From Escherichia coli (GTDB taxonomy: Bacteria; Pseudomonadota; Gammaproteobacteria; Enterobacterales; Enterobacteriaceae): a stretch of 64,000 nucleotides of DNA. A model generated the notes under the pieces. It had not been told where the DNA came from, ran no database searches, and saw nothing but the letters and a program-made list of their open reading frames with translations. The stretch is from the NCBI RefSeq assembly GCF_036507355.1, contig NZ_AP027877.1. The stretch is one strand, 5' to 3'. Below, in pieces: positions 22,596-33,674 of this stretch. How positions within the stretch are numbered: position 1 is the first letter of the stretch; the number at the start of each line of letters is the position of its first letter. The translations under genes and the position numbers were made by a program.

Positions 22596-23846
22596 ATGTC
22601 AACTCCACTTCAAGGAATTAAAGTTCTCGATTTCACCGGTGTGCAATCTGGCCCATCTTGTACTCAAATGCTGGCCTGGTTTGGCGCTGACGTCATTAAA
22701 ATTGAACGCCCCGGCGTTGGTGACGTAACGCGTCACCAGCTGCGAGATATTCCTGATATCGATGCGCTTTACTTCACCATGCTTAACAGTAACAAACGTT
22801 CTATTGAGTTAAATACCAAAACAGCGGAAGGCAAAGAGGTAATGGAAAAGCTGATCCGCGAAGCTGATATCTTAGTCGAGAACTTTCATCCAGGGGCCAT
22901 TGATCACATGGGTTTCACCTGGGAGCATATTCAAGAAATCAATCCACGTCTGATTTTTGGTTCGATCAAAGGGTTTGATGAGTGTTCGCCTTATGTGAAT
23001 GTAAAAGCCTATGAAAACGTTGCTCAGGCAGCGGGTGGCGCGGCATCCACTACGGGTTTTTGGGACGGTCCGCCGCTGGTAAGCGCTGCAGCGTTGGGTG
23101 ACAGCAACACCGGAATGCATTTACTGATCGGTTTACTTGCTGCTTTGCTGCATCGCGAAAAAACGGGGCGTGGGCAACGAGTCACCATGTCAATGCAGGA
23201 TGCCGTATTGAACCTTTGCCGCGTGAAATTACGCGACCAGCAGCGTCTCGATAAATTGGGTTATCTGGAAGAATACCCGCAGTATCCGAATGGCACATTT
23301 GGTGATGCAGTTCCCCGTGGAGGTAATGCGGGTGGTGGCGGTCAGCCTGGCTGGATCCTGAAATGTAAAGGCTGGGAAACCGATCCTAACGCCTATATTT
23401 ATTTCACTATTCAGGAGCAAAACTGGGAAAACACCTGTAAAGCCATCGGCAAACCAGATTGGATTACCGATCCGGCATACAGTACAGCCCATGCCCGACA
23501 GCCACATATTTTCGATATTTTTGCTGAAATCGAAAAATACACTGTCACTATTGATAAACATGAAGCGGTGGCCTATTTGACTCAATTTGATATTCCTTGT
23601 GCACCGGTTTTAAGTATGAAAGAAATTTCACTTGATCCCTCTTTGCGCCAAAGTGGCAGTGTTGTCGAAGTGGAACAACCGTTGCGTGGAAAATATCTGA
23701 CAGTTGGTTGTCCAATGAAATTCTCTGACTTTACGCCGGATATTAAAGCTGCGCCGCTATTAGGTGAACATACCGCTGCTGTATTGCAGGAGCTGGGTTA
23801 TAGCGACGATGAAATTGCTGCAATGAAGCAAAACCACGCCATCTGA
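22596..23846 (+). CDS. frc: Formyl-CoA:oxalate CoA-transferase
   Basis: 416-aa ORF; family III CoA-transferase; paired with oxc. Confidence 0.9.
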   Translation: MSTPLQGIKVLDFTGVQSGPSCTQMLAWFGADVIKIERPGVGDVTRHQLRDIPDIDALYFTMLNSNKRSIELNTKTAEGKEVMEKLIREADILVENFHPGAIDHMGFTWEHIQEINPRLIFGSIKGFDECSPYVNVKAYENVAQAAGGAASTTGFWDGPPLVSAAALGDSNTGMHLLIGLLAALLHREKTGRGQRVTMSMQDAVLNLCRVKLRDQQRLDKLGYLEEYPQYPNGTFGDAVPRGGNAGGGGQPGWILKCKGWETDPNAYIYFTIQEQNWENTCKAIGKPDWITDPAYSTAHARQPHIFDIFAEIEKYTVTIDKHEAVAYLTQFDIPCAPVLSMKEISLDPSLRQSGSVVEVEQPLRGKYLTVGCPMKFSDFTPDIKAAPLLGEHTAAVLQELGYSDDEIAAMKQNHAI

Positions 23847-23899
23847 TATTAACGGGGGCTTCTGGCTCCCAATTTATAAAAATTTCGAGGTTATTAATC

Positions 23900-25594
23900 A
23901 TGTCAGATCAACTTCAAATGACAGATGGTATGCATATCATCGTTGAAGCATTAAAACAGAATAATATTGACACTATTTATGGTGTTGTAGGTATTCCTGT
24001 GACGGATATGGCGCGCCATGCCCAGGCGGAAGGCATTCGTTATATTGGTTTTCGTCATGAGCAGTCGGCAGGCTATGCCGCTGCGGCAAGCGGTTTTCTT
24101 ACCCAAAAACCAGGGATCTGCCTGACAGTTTCTGCGCCAGGATTCCTCAATGGTTTGACCGCATTGGCCAACGCAACGGTAAATGGTTTTCCGATGATCA
24201 TGATTAGCGGCTCCAGCGACCGCGCGATCGTCGACCTACAGCAAGGTGATTATGAAGAGCTGGACCAAATGAATGCGGCAAAACCGTATGCCAAAGCAGC
24301 ATTTCGCGTTAATCAGCCGCAGGATCTTGGCATTGCATTGGCACGCGCTATCCGGGTCTCCGTATCGGGTCGCCCTGGCGGAGTTTATCTTGATTTGCCA
24401 GCAAATGTCCTGGCCGCGACGATGGAAAAAGACGAAGCGTTAACCACGATTGTAAAAGTTGAAAATCCGTCGCCAGCATTATTGCCATGCCCGAAGTCAG
24501 TCACTAGCGCAATTTCGCTTTTAGCAAAAGCTGAACGGCCATTAATTATCCTTGGCAAAGGCGCGGCGTATTCACAAGCTGACGAACAGCTTCGTGAATT
24601 TATTGAAAGTGCCCAGATTCCATTCCTGCCAATGTCTATGGCGAAAGGGATTCTGGAAGATACACATCCACTTTCTGCGGCAGCTGCGCGTTCGTTTGCC
24701 CTGGCAAATGCTGACGTTGTCATGCTTGTTGGTGCACGACTGAATTGGTTACTGGCACACGGTAAAAAAGGATGGGCGGCAGATACACAGTTTATTCAGC
24801 TGGATATTGAACCGCAGGAAATTGACAGCAACCGCCCCATTGCTGTGCCAGTCGTTGGCGATATTGCATCCAGTATGCAAGGTATGCTGGCAGAACTGAA
24901 ACAAAACACATTTACGACTCCACTGGTATGGCGCGATATTTTAAATATCCACAAGCAGCAAAATGCACAAAAAATGCATGAAAAATTAAGTACAGATACC
25001 CAACCATTAAATTACTTTAATGCATTAAATGCTGTGCGCGATGTATTGCGTGAGAACCAGGATATTTATTTAGTTAATGAAGGTGCAAATACCCTGGATA
25101 ATGCACGAAATATTATTGATATGTATAAACCACGTCGTCGTCTGGATTGTGGTACCTGGGGTGTCATGGGCATCGGTATGGGCTATGCCATCGGTGCTAG
25201 CGTGACCTCTGGTTCTCCGGTTGTCGCCATTGAAGGTGATAGTGCTTTTGGTTTCAGTGGGATGGAGATTGAAACGATTTGTCGATATAACCTGCCGGTG
25301 ACGATCGTTATTTTTAATAATGGCGGCATCTACAGAGGAGACGGTGTTGATCTCAGTGGCGCTGGTGCACCATCACCAACAGATCTGTTGCACCATGCAA
25401 GGTATGACAAATTAATGGATGCGTTTCGTGGCGTTGGCTATAACGTAACCACGACAGATGAACTTCGTCATGCTTTAACCACCGGTATTCAGTCGCGCAA
25501 ACCGACCATTATTAATGTGGTCATCGACCCAGCAGCAGGAACTGAAAGTGGCCATATTACCAAACTTAACCCAAAACAAGTCGCTGGTAATTAA
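23900..25594 (+). CDS. oxc: Oxalyl-CoA decarboxylase (ThDP-dependent)
   Basis: 564-aa ORF with ThDP-binding motif (GDSAFGFSGME…NNGGIY). Confidence 0.9.
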   Translation: MSDQLQMTDGMHIIVEALKQNNIDTIYGVVGIPVTDMARHAQAEGIRYIGFRHEQSAGYAAAASGFLTQKPGICLTVSAPGFLNGLTALANATVNGFPMIMISGSSDRAIVDLQQGDYEELDQMNAAKPYAKAAFRVNQPQDLGIALARAIRVSVSGRPGGVYLDLPANVLAATMEKDEALTTIVKVENPSPALLPCPKSVTSAISLLAKAERPLIILGKGAAYSQADEQLREFIESAQIPFLPMSMAKGILEDTHPLSAAAARSFALANADVVMLVGARLNWLLAHGKKGWAADTQFIQLDIEPQEIDSNRPIAVPVVGDIASSMQGMLAELKQNTFTTPLVWRDILNIHKQQNAQKMHEKLSTDTQPLNYFNALNAVRDVLRENQDIYLVNEGANTLDNARNIIDMYKPRRRLDCGTWGVMGIGMGYAIGASVTSGSPVVAIEGDSAFGFSGMEIETICRYNLPVTIVIFNNGGIYRGDGVDLSGAGAPSPTDLLHHARYDKLMDAFRGVGYNVTTTDELRHALTTGIQSRKPTIINVVIDPAAGTESGHITKLNPKQVAGN

Positions 25595-25663
25595 ATACTG
25601 ACATCGTCTCCTCTTGCCAACTCATTATGCGATGGTGAGGGGACCCTTATCGGAAATACTATT

Positions 25664-26608
25664 ATGCTAACATTTTTTATTGGCGATTTATTGCCTATTA
25701 TCGTAATCATGCTGTTGGGTTATTTTAGCGGCAGACGAGAAACATTTTCAGAAGATCAAGCCCGGGCATTTAATAAACTGGTATTAAACTACGCTCTTCC
25801 TGCAGCTCTATTTGTATCTATTACCCGGGCAAACAGGGAAATGATTTTTGCGGACACTCGTCTGACCCTTGTATCACTTGTGGTTATTGTCGGATGTTTC
25901 TTTTTCTCCTGGTTCGGTTGCTACAAATTTTTTAAACGTACTCATGCAGAAGCAGCTGTATGTGCATTAATTGCAGGTTCACCTACTATTGGATTCCTGG
26001 GATTTGCAGTTCTCGACCCTATTTATGGTGATTCCGTATCAACAGGTTTAGTTGTAGCAATTATTTCTATTATTGTTAACGCAATTACTATTCCTATTGG
26101 TCTGTATTTGCTGAATCCTTCCTCAGGAGCGGATGGTAAGAAGAATAGTAATCTGAGCGCATTAATTTCTGCGGCAAAGGAGCCTGTAGTATGGGCACCT
26201 GTTCTGGCAACGATCCTGGTGTTGGTTGGGGTAAAAATTCCGGCAGCATGGGACCCAACCTTTAATCTGATTGCGAAGGCTAACTCAGGGGTAGCGGTAT
26301 TCGCTGCGGGGTTGACTCTGGCTGCACATAAATTCGAGTTCAGTGCCGAAATTGCTTATAACACCTTCCTGAAGCTGATTCTGATGCCACTGGCGCTGCT
26401 TCTCGTTGGTATGGCATGTCATTTGAACAGCGAACATTTGCAGATGATGGTACTGGCAGGCGCATTACCGCCGGCATTCTCCGGAATCATTATTGCCAGC
26501 CGGTTTAATGTCTACACCCGCACTGGTACAGCGTCATTGGCTGTGAGCGTACTGGGTTTTGTCGTCACGGCTCCCTTGTGGATTTATGTCAGTCGACTGG
26601 TTTCATAA
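25664..26608 (+). CDS. yfdV: AEC-family transporter
   Basis: 314-aa polytopic membrane protein; synteny. Confidence 0.85.
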
Positions 26609-26681
26609 TTAATCATGTTATTGATTTTACATAAATGCCGAAGTGTCTTTTCACCTTCGGCTTTTTTCAAGGCATAAGCAA

Positions 26682-27827
26682 ATGACAAATAATGAAAGCA
26701 AAGGGCCGTTTGAAGGCTTATTAGTTATCGATATGACACATGTCCTTAATGGACCTTTCGGAACTCAACTTCTTTGTAATATGGGCGCAAGGGTAATTAA
26801 AGTTGAGCCGCCGGGCCATGGTGATGATACCCGCACATTTGGTCCCTATGTGGATGGACAGTCACTCTATTACAGTTTTATTAATCATGGCAAAGAGAGT
26901 GTGGTTCTTGATTTAAAGAATGATCACGATAAAAGTATATTTATAAATATGCTTAAACAAGCTGATGTATTAGCTGAGAATTTTCGCCCAGGTACAATGG
27001 AAAAACTAGGGTTTTCATGGGAAAGGTTACAAGAAATCAACCCGCGCCTCATATATGCTTCATCGTCAGGTTTCGGTCATACCGGTCCGCTAAAAGATGC
27101 TCCTGCCTACGATACCATCATTCAGGCAATGAGCGGGATAATGATGGAAACAGGATATCCTGATGCTCCGCCAGTGCGTGTTGGTACCTCTCTTGCGGAT
27201 CTATGCGGCGGTGTCTATTTATTCAGCGGAATAGTGAGTGCACTTTATGGCCGCGAAAAAAGCCAGAGAGGGGCACATGTCGATATAGCGATGTTTGATG
27301 CCACGCTGAGTTTTCTGGAACATGGTCTGATGGCATATATTGCGACAGGGAAGTCACCACAACGTCTGGGAAATCGCCATCCCTACATGGCACCTTTTGA
27401 TGTTTTCGATACTCTGGATAAGCCGATTACGATTTGTTGTGGTAATGACAAGCTTTTTTCTGCGTTATGCCAGGCACTGGAGCTTACGGAACTGGTTAAT
27501 GAACCCCGATTTAGCAGCAATATTTTACGTGTACAAAACCAGGCTATTCTTAAACAATATATTGAGCGGACGTTAAAAACGCAGGCAGCTGAAGTTTGGT
27601 TAGCCAAAATACATGAAGTTGGTGTGCCCGTAGCGCCGTTATTAAGTGTGGCTGAGGCCATTAATTTGCCACAAACTCAGGCGAGAAATATGTTGATTGA
27701 AGCCGGAGGAATAATGATGCCGGGTAATCCGATAAAAATCAGCGGCTGCGCGGACCCGCATGTTATGCCGGGAGCGGCAACGCTCGACCAGCATGGGGAA
27801 CAAATTCGCCAGGAGTTCTCATCATAA
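26682..27827 (+). CDS. yfdE: Acetyl-CoA:oxalate CoA-transferase (family III)
   Basis: 381-aa product from ATG at 26682 (MTNNESKGPFEGLLVIDMTHVLNGPFG...). Confidence 0.85.
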   Translation: MTNNESKGPFEGLLVIDMTHVLNGPFGTQLLCNMGARVIKVEPPGHGDDTRTFGPYVDGQSLYYSFINHGKESVVLDLKNDHDKSIFINMLKQADVLAENFRPGTMEKLGFSWERLQEINPRLIYASSSGFGHTGPLKDAPAYDTIIQAMSGIMMETGYPDAPPVRVGTSLADLCGGVYLFSGIVSALYGREKSQRGAHVDIAMFDATLSFLEHGLMAYIATGKSPQRLGNRHPYMAPFDVFDTLDKPITICCGNDKLFSALCQALELTELVNEPRFSSNILRVQNQAILKQYIERTLKTQAAEVWLAKIHEVGVPVAPLLSVAEAINLPQTQARNMLIEAGGIMMPGNPIKISGCADPHVMPGAATLDQHGEQIRQEFSS

Positions 27828-27848
27828 ATGTAAGATGTGCTGGTAAAT

Positions 27849-27877
27849 AGCTCCCACATTTGAACATTGTGGGAGCC
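27849..27877. terminator. Hairpin terminator between convergent yfdE and evgS
   Basis: Inverted repeat GCTCCCACA-N9-TGTGGGAGC. Confidence 0.55.
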
Positions 27878-27882
27878 ACTAT

Positions 27883-30800
27883 TTAGTTATTTTGTTGACA
27901 GAAAACAGCAATCTCCTGGTCCAGCTCTGCAATGTGTTCTTTTACAGAGTTCAGCAACTGAAGAATTTCAGGTTTACTGTCATCTGAAACAGGTGTTATT
28001 TCTAACTGATGGCTAATATTAATCAACTTTTGCAAATTCAGGATGTTAGCCGCACCGTGGATGCGATGAATACATTGATGGAAAGTTCTGTTATCGCCAG
28101 CTTCTAGTGCATGAAACGCAGCGGGTAGATCTTTATGCGTTTCATGCTGGAAAGTCATGAGAATCTCCTGCATCAGTTGTAGATCGTTCGCCGTATTATT
28201 TTTCAGGGCTTCGATATCAAGGTGGCGATACTGAGGTGCAATATGCGCAACCTGGTGTAACTGACTTAAATGTGTTTTCAGTACATCCAGGGTCAACGGT
28301 TTGAACAAACATAAGTTCATGCCGCAATTTAACCCTTTTTCACGTTCGTTAGCCTGTGCGTTGGCTGTAAGCCCCCAGATGGGTAAGGAAGAATTTTGCT
28401 CACGGAGTTTGCGAGTCAACTCAAAACCATCCATATTCGGCATATTAACGTCAGTAATAAGCAGATCATAATGTTGCATACTGACTTTGTGTAGCGCTTG
28501 CACACCATCAGTGGCTTCATCAACATCATATCCTAATAGATTTAGCTGGCGTTTGAGTAATAGCCTGTTGGTCGGATGATCATCCGCGATTAATATGCTC
28601 AACTTTTCAGGTAGTGTGATGGGTTGTTCTGCTTTTGCCTCGACAGTCGCCACTTGTTGGATAATTTCTACCGGGATTGTGATCGTAAATGTTGTTCCTA
28701 TGCCTGGATGACTTTCTAATGACAAATCGCCCTGCATGTTTTTAATTAATTCTTTGCAGATCATTAAGCCTAAACCAGAACCTGTTTGCTGACGACCTGC
28801 ACTTGTTTGGCTATAGCGTTTAAACAGTTGTTGTTGTTCTTCCTGCGATAATCCACTTCCAGAATCCATAATCGTCATTTTGATTACAGCGTGGTTGTCA
28901 TCAATGTGAACCAGGGAGGTCGTAATTTTTACTGCCCCCTCGGTGGTAAATTTGAGAGCATTACTCAGTAAATTTGATAAGACCTGCTTAAACGCCTGAG
29001 GGTCGATCTTAACCAGGTAATGTTCAGGAAACGTACTGCTGCAACTTAATGCGATGGATTTGCTTGCAGCAATCGCACCGAAAGAGTGACAAGTGTTCTG
29101 GACTAAAGTAGGAATATCGACCCATTGTGGTTGAAGTTGATAGTTACCCGATTCAATTTTGTCGACATCAAGGATTTCACCAATTAAGCCGAGGAGTGAT
29201 TGTCCGGTGGCGTAGGCAAGTGAAATCGCCTCCACCCGTTGTTCCTTGCTAAGACCAGAACCCGACAGAAGTTCCAGGAAGCCCATAATGGAGCTTATTG
29301 GTGTTCTTATTTCGTGACTCATTGTTGCCAGAAACTGACTTTTTGCGACAGTTGCATTGATCGCTTTATTTCTCTCTACTTCGAGTGCATGAATTAAATC
29401 ACGCGTCTCGGTAATATCTTGCCAACCACAAATATAAACAGCATGTTCGCTGGCTGGCAGATTACATAATGTATGCCAGTGATTAATGCATCTTTTCTCG
29501 ATGCCATTATCAATTTCAAATACCTGTGTGTATATTGTTCGGTTTTCTTTCGTCTCTGCTGTGACTTCATGCGTATTAGAAAAAACATCTTTAAAGGGTG
29601 ATTCACTGTTTTCTAATGGCAACATTGCATTTTTGTAGTAATCAGCAGTGAAATAATGTTCAAATGCACTATTGTGACTAATGACATTACCTTGCCAGTT
29701 TACAACATAAGTTGGATTCGGTAAGGAGTCCGAGAGCGCTTTCCGGAATGATATTTGGTTTTCTAAATCACCCTGAATGACTTTACGACGACGAACTGAG
29801 CGTAACAGGTAGAATCCCCATAAAAGGCTACTGCCAACTAATAAAACGGATAATGTCGTAACAATATAAAATTGCTCGCTATAGAGGTCCCATGTGTCAA
29901 TGGTCACATTGGGCATTTTAATCCATTTTTCCGTCAGGCGCAGAACTTCGCTTGGGGGAATTGCATTCAGTGCTTTATTAATAATATCCTTAAGTTCCGG
30001 TTCTCCGCGAGGAAAAGCGAACGAAAGTGATGCATTCTGAACGCCGGGAATAAGAAAATGATAAAGTTCATTAGGATAGTAATGGTCGATCATGTAACGC
30101 GAATTTAGCTGTGTCGCGACCAGAGCATCAAGTTCACCTTCCTTGACCTTGTGAAATGCAGCGCTGGCGTTATCGACTTTTATCCACTCTACCTCCGGAT
30201 ACATCTCTTTTAATTGCGAATGAAGCTCATAATAATATGGAATGGCAACTTTCATTCCTTTTTTTAATGTTTGTTCACTGTCAGGCGCTTTTTGCATGAC
30301 AAAAACGTAAGGCGTTGTTATGAAGGCTTCAGCAAATAAAACATTATTTTCTCTATCTTCACTATAAATAGCACCGGGTAATATATCCCATCCGCCGGGA
30401 TTCAGCTGTGTTCCGGCATGGATATTGTGTGAAACGGTGATCGGAGAAAAATTTAAACCTGTTTGCAAGGTAATAATATTAAGAATGTCCCCCATAACGC
30501 CCCGAACCGAGCCATTTTCATCCGTCATAGAATAGGGGGGCGAGTAAGGATTTTCCAGCACCTTTAAATCGGGATGCTGCTTAATCCACTGTTTTTCATG
30601 TTCAGTGAGTTCTAATGGCTTGTTCAGAAAGGCCAGGTTTCCTGTATCAAGCCAATTTTGTGATACTTCATAGCGAACTTCATTTGTTAAAGCATCAACA
30701 AATCGATTGAGTACTTCATTAAGAATGACAGATTCTTTTCTGGTTAAGAAGAAGTTATATTGACGCGGTGAGTTATAATATTTCACTACATTTAAGGAGT

Positions 30801-31476
30801 GAGTGAAATAGCGGGAAATCATACTGCTGGTAATGATGTTACTACCAATAAAGTAATCATTCTGTCCGGCTGAGACGGATGCTAATGCCTGATATAAATT
30901 TGTAAAAGAAATAATTGTTGCTTTTGGAAATGATTGATGAATTACCTCGTCAGGGGGATAATTTGCTACTCGAGCAATATTTACTGGTTTTGATGAGGTA
31001 AGCGGTCGCATTGAATCGTGAAGGGTGGTGACCAGCGCCGGAAAGGTAATTATCAGTGGTTTGGTTGCAGCAATGTCATCATTAAGAGGCGGCGAAGCAA
31101 CTAAATGTGATAACACTATATCGACTTCACCTTCTTCCAGCGCGTCCATTGCTTTTTGATGATCGGCGTATTCCCGGAGTGTTAATTTGATATTTAACGC
31201 TCTTTTTAAAAGATTTAAATAATCAGCATTAATACCACGAACCCGTTGCTGCGAATCGGTATGCAACAACGTAGCCGTTTGGGACTTGTGTACTGCAATC
31301 ACAAGATTTTTTTTGCTCGCTAACCAACGTAATTCCTTGTTGCTCAGACGTAGTGGATCAAGTGTGACACGGTTGTTACTACTGATGCCACGATATTCGA
31401 TGTAATCTTCGTCTGCGAAACTTATGGTCGACCAAAGACCACAACAGAGAAGAAAAATATAGGGTAAAAACTTCAT
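27883..31476 (-). CDS. evgS: Hybrid sensor histidine kinase EvgS
   Basis: 1197-aa ORF: periplasmic binding domains, TM, PAS, HisKA/ATPase, receiver, HPt. Confidence 0.95.
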   Translation of the reverse strand: MKFLPYIFLLCCGLWSTISFADEDYIEYRGISSNNRVTLDPLRLSNKELRWLASKKNLVIAVHKSQTATLLHTDSQQRVRGINADYLNLLKRALNIKLTLREYADHQKAMDALEEGEVDIVLSHLVASPPLNDDIAATKPLIITFPALVTTLHDSMRPLTSSKPVNIARVANYPPDEVIHQSFPKATIISFTNLYQALASVSAGQNDYFIGSNIITSSMISRYFTHSLNVVKYYNSPRQYNFFLTRKESVILNEVLNRFVDALTNEVRYEVSQNWLDTGNLAFLNKPLELTEHEKQWIKQHPDLKVLENPYSPPYSMTDENGSVRGVMGDILNIITLQTGLNFSPITVSHNIHAGTQLNPGGWDILPGAIYSEDRENNVLFAEAFITTPYVFVMQKAPDSEQTLKKGMKVAIPYYYELHSQLKEMYPEVEWIKVDNASAAFHKVKEGELDALVATQLNSRYMIDHYYPNELYHFLIPGVQNASLSFAFPRGEPELKDIINKALNAIPPSEVLRLTEKWIKMPNVTIDTWDLYSEQFYIVTTLSVLLVGSSLLWGFYLLRSVRRRKVIQGDLENQISFRKALSDSLPNPTYVVNWQGNVISHNSAFEHYFTADYYKNAMLPLENSESPFKDVFSNTHEVTAETKENRTIYTQVFEIDNGIEKRCINHWHTLCNLPASEHAVYICGWQDITETRDLIHALEVERNKAINATVAKSQFLATMSHEIRTPISSIMGFLELLSGSGLSKEQRVEAISLAYATGQSLLGLIGEILDVDKIESGNYQLQPQWVDIPTLVQNTCHSFGAIAASKSIALSCSSTFPEHYLVKIDPQAFKQVLSNLLSNALKFTTEGAVKITTSLVHIDDNHAVIKMTIMDSGSGLSQEEQQQLFKRYSQTSAGRQQTGSGLGLMICKELIKNMQGDLSLESHPGIGTTFTITIPVEIIQQVATVEAKAEQPITLPEKLSILIADDHPTNRLLLKRQLNLLGYDVDEATDGVQALHKVSMQHYDLLITDVNMPNMDGFELTRKLREQNSSLPIWGLTANAQANEREKGLNCGMNLCLFKPLTLDVLKTHLSQLHQVAHIAPQYRHLDIEALKNNTANDLQLMQEILMTFQHETHKDLPAAFHALEAGDNRTFHQCIHRIHGAANILNLQKLINISHQLEITPVSDDSKPEILQLLNSVKEHIAELDQEIAVFCQQNN

Positions 31477-31480
31477 GTGG

Positions 31481-32095
31481 TTAGCCGATTTTGTTACGTT
31501 GTGCGAATGTGTAAAGATCCATCAGTGATTTACATTCTAATTTTTCCATCAGGCGACTTTTATAAGTGCTGACAGTTTTGTTGCTGATGAACATTTTTTC
31601 AGCAATGTCATTATTATCCTTGCCATCAAGAATATACCGCATGACACTAATTTCTTGTTTCGATAAGGAGTCGAGTTTTTGCTGGTCGGACGTTAAACTT
31701 CCAACAAACCGGTTGAGAGAGAAGGGGAAATAGCAGTAGCCATTTTTTGCAGCTTCAATAGCCGCAATGATATTGTTCATGCCTTCTTTTTTACTCACGA
31801 AACCATTAGCGCCAGCATCAGCACAATGTTTCCCGTAAAAATGGTCATTTTTAGCGGAGACGATAATAATAATTCCGCTATATTGGCGCTTCCTCAGCGT
31901 TTCTAACACCTGGATACCGTTAACTCCGGGGATATCGACATCAATGATGACGATATCAGGCTTAAGTGTTTCCACCCGCTGAACGGCACTTCCGCCTTCA
32001 GTCAACTCTGCTAAGATTTCAATATCGTTTTTGATCAATAAATTACGAATTGCTGCGATAGCAAGAGGATGGTCATCAATAATTATTGCGTTCAT
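31481..32095 (-). CDS. evgA: Response regulator EvgA (NarL/FixJ family)
   Basis: 204-aa ORF MNAIIIDDHPLAIAAIRNLL…; receiver plus LuxR HTH. Confidence 0.95.
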   Translation of the reverse strand: MNAIIIDDHPLAIAAIRNLLIKNDIEILAELTEGGSAVQRVETLKPDIVIIDVDIPGVNGIQVLETLRKRQYSGIIIIVSAKNDHFYGKHCADAGANGFVSKKEGMNNIIAAIEAAKNGYCYFPFSLNRFVGSLTSDQQKLDSLSKQEISVMRYILDGKDNNDIAEKMFISNKTVSTYKSRLMEKLECKSLMDLYTFAQRNKIG

Positions 32096-32319
32096 AGATT
32101 ATTCCCTTTGCAATGAAGCATCTCCCTTCTCCCTGTAGTAATACAGACATAAGGCATCATCTCATTTTCTCAATAAAAATAAGAAAATTTGAGCTTCCTT
32201 TAAGATAATTCGACAAGTATACCATATAAATAGTCGGCATATATGAAATGTCAACAATAAAATTAGGGATTGTACCGATGATTTATAGTTTCACATTAGC
32301 ACTATAAGTCTTCTCACTA

Positions 32320-32337
32320 ATCCTACAGGCGTAAGAA
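32320..32337. promoter_or_regulatory. EvgA box in divergent evgA/emrK promoter region
   Basis: ATCCTACAGGCGTAAGAA matches the EvgA consensus at 16 of 18 positions. Confidence 0.6.
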
Positions 32338-32510
32338 TTGTATTGCAAAAGCCACGGTTTAGTCCTCTGTTGTTTTTTTTGCACCTCATTTAAATTAGGC
32401 CTCCAACGTTCCTGGGATAATGTGCAACACATGCACTGTGTTTGATATGAAGAATGAATACTCTTTTCATTCAATTCATAAATTTCATCTATGCGAAATG
32501 AGAGATAAAA

Positions 32511-33674
32511 GTGGAACAGATTAATTCAAATAAAAAACATTCTAACAGAAGAAAATACTTTTCTTTATTGGCGGTAGTTTTATTTATTGCGTTTTCAGGT
32601 GCCTATGCCTATTGGTCAATGGAATTAGAAGACATGATTAGTACAGATGACGCCTATGTCACGGGGAATGCAGATCCAATTTCTGCACAAGTCTCAGGTA
32701 GTGTCACTGTAGTTAATCATAAAGATACGAACTACGTTCGACAGGGTGACATTTTAGTTTCACTGGATAAAACTGATGCCACTATCGCACTCAATAAAGC
32801 TAAAAATAATCTGGCAAATATTGTTCGGCAAACGAATAAACTATACTTACAGGATAAACAATACAGTGCCGAAGTCGCTTCAGCACGTATTCAGTATCAA
32901 CAATCTTTAGAAGATTATAACCGTCGTGTGCCTTTAGCGAAGCAGGGGGTTATTTCAAAAGAAACGCTGGAGCATACCAAAGATACGTTAATAAGTAGCA
33001 AAGCGGCATTGAATGCCGCTATCCAGGCTTATAAAGCGAATAAAGCTTTAGTAATGAACACACCATTAAACCGTCAGCCACAAGTCGTTGAAGCTGCGGA
33101 TGCAACCAAAGAAGCCTGGTTGGCGCTTAAACGTACGGATATTAAGAGTCCGGTTACCGGCTATATTGCCCAGAGAAGTGTTCAGGTCGGCGAAACAGTG
33201 AGCCCCGGACAATCGTTAATGGCTGTCGTACCGGCACGTCAAATGTGGGTTAATGCCAACTTTAAAGAAACACAACTCACGGATGTACGGATTGGTCAAT
33301 CGGTCAATATTATCAGCGATCTTTATGGTGAGAATGTTGTGTTTCATGGCCGGGTGACAGGGATCAATATGGGAACCGGCAATGCGTTCTCCTTATTACC
33401 TGCACAAAATGCGACAGGGAACTGGATCAAAATCGTTCAGCGTGTACCGGTTGAAGTTTCTCTTGATCCAAAAGAACTCATGGAACACCCCTTGCGCATT
33501 GGTTTATCGATGACTGCAACTATTGATACGAAGGACGAAGACATTGCTGAGATGCCTGATCTGGCTTCAACCGTGACCTCCATGCCTGCTTATACCAGTA
33601 AGGCTTTAGTTATCGATACCAGTCCGATAGAAAAAGAAATTAGCAACATTATTTCGCATAATGGACAACTTTAA
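32511..33674 (+). CDS. emrK: Multidrug efflux membrane fusion protein (EmrA paralogue)
   Basis: 387-aa ORF (GTG start) with HlyD-type fold; 4-bp overlap with emrY. Confidence 0.9.
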   Translation: MEQINSNKKHSNRRKYFSLLAVVLFIAFSGAYAYWSMELEDMISTDDAYVTGNADPISAQVSGSVTVVNHKDTNYVRQGDILVSLDKTDATIALNKAKNNLANIVRQTNKLYLQDKQYSAEVASARIQYQQSLEDYNRRVPLAKQGVISKETLEHTKDTLISSKAALNAAIQAYKANKALVMNTPLNRQPQVVEAADATKEAWLALKRTDIKSPVTGYIAQRSVQVGETVSPGQSLMAVVPARQMWVNANFKETQLTDVRIGQSVNIISDLYGENVVFHGRVTGINMGTGNAFSLLPAQNATGNWIKIVQRVPVEVSLDPKELMEHPLRIGLSMTATIDTKDEDIAEMPDLASTVTSMPAYTSKALVIDTSPIEKEISNIISHNGQL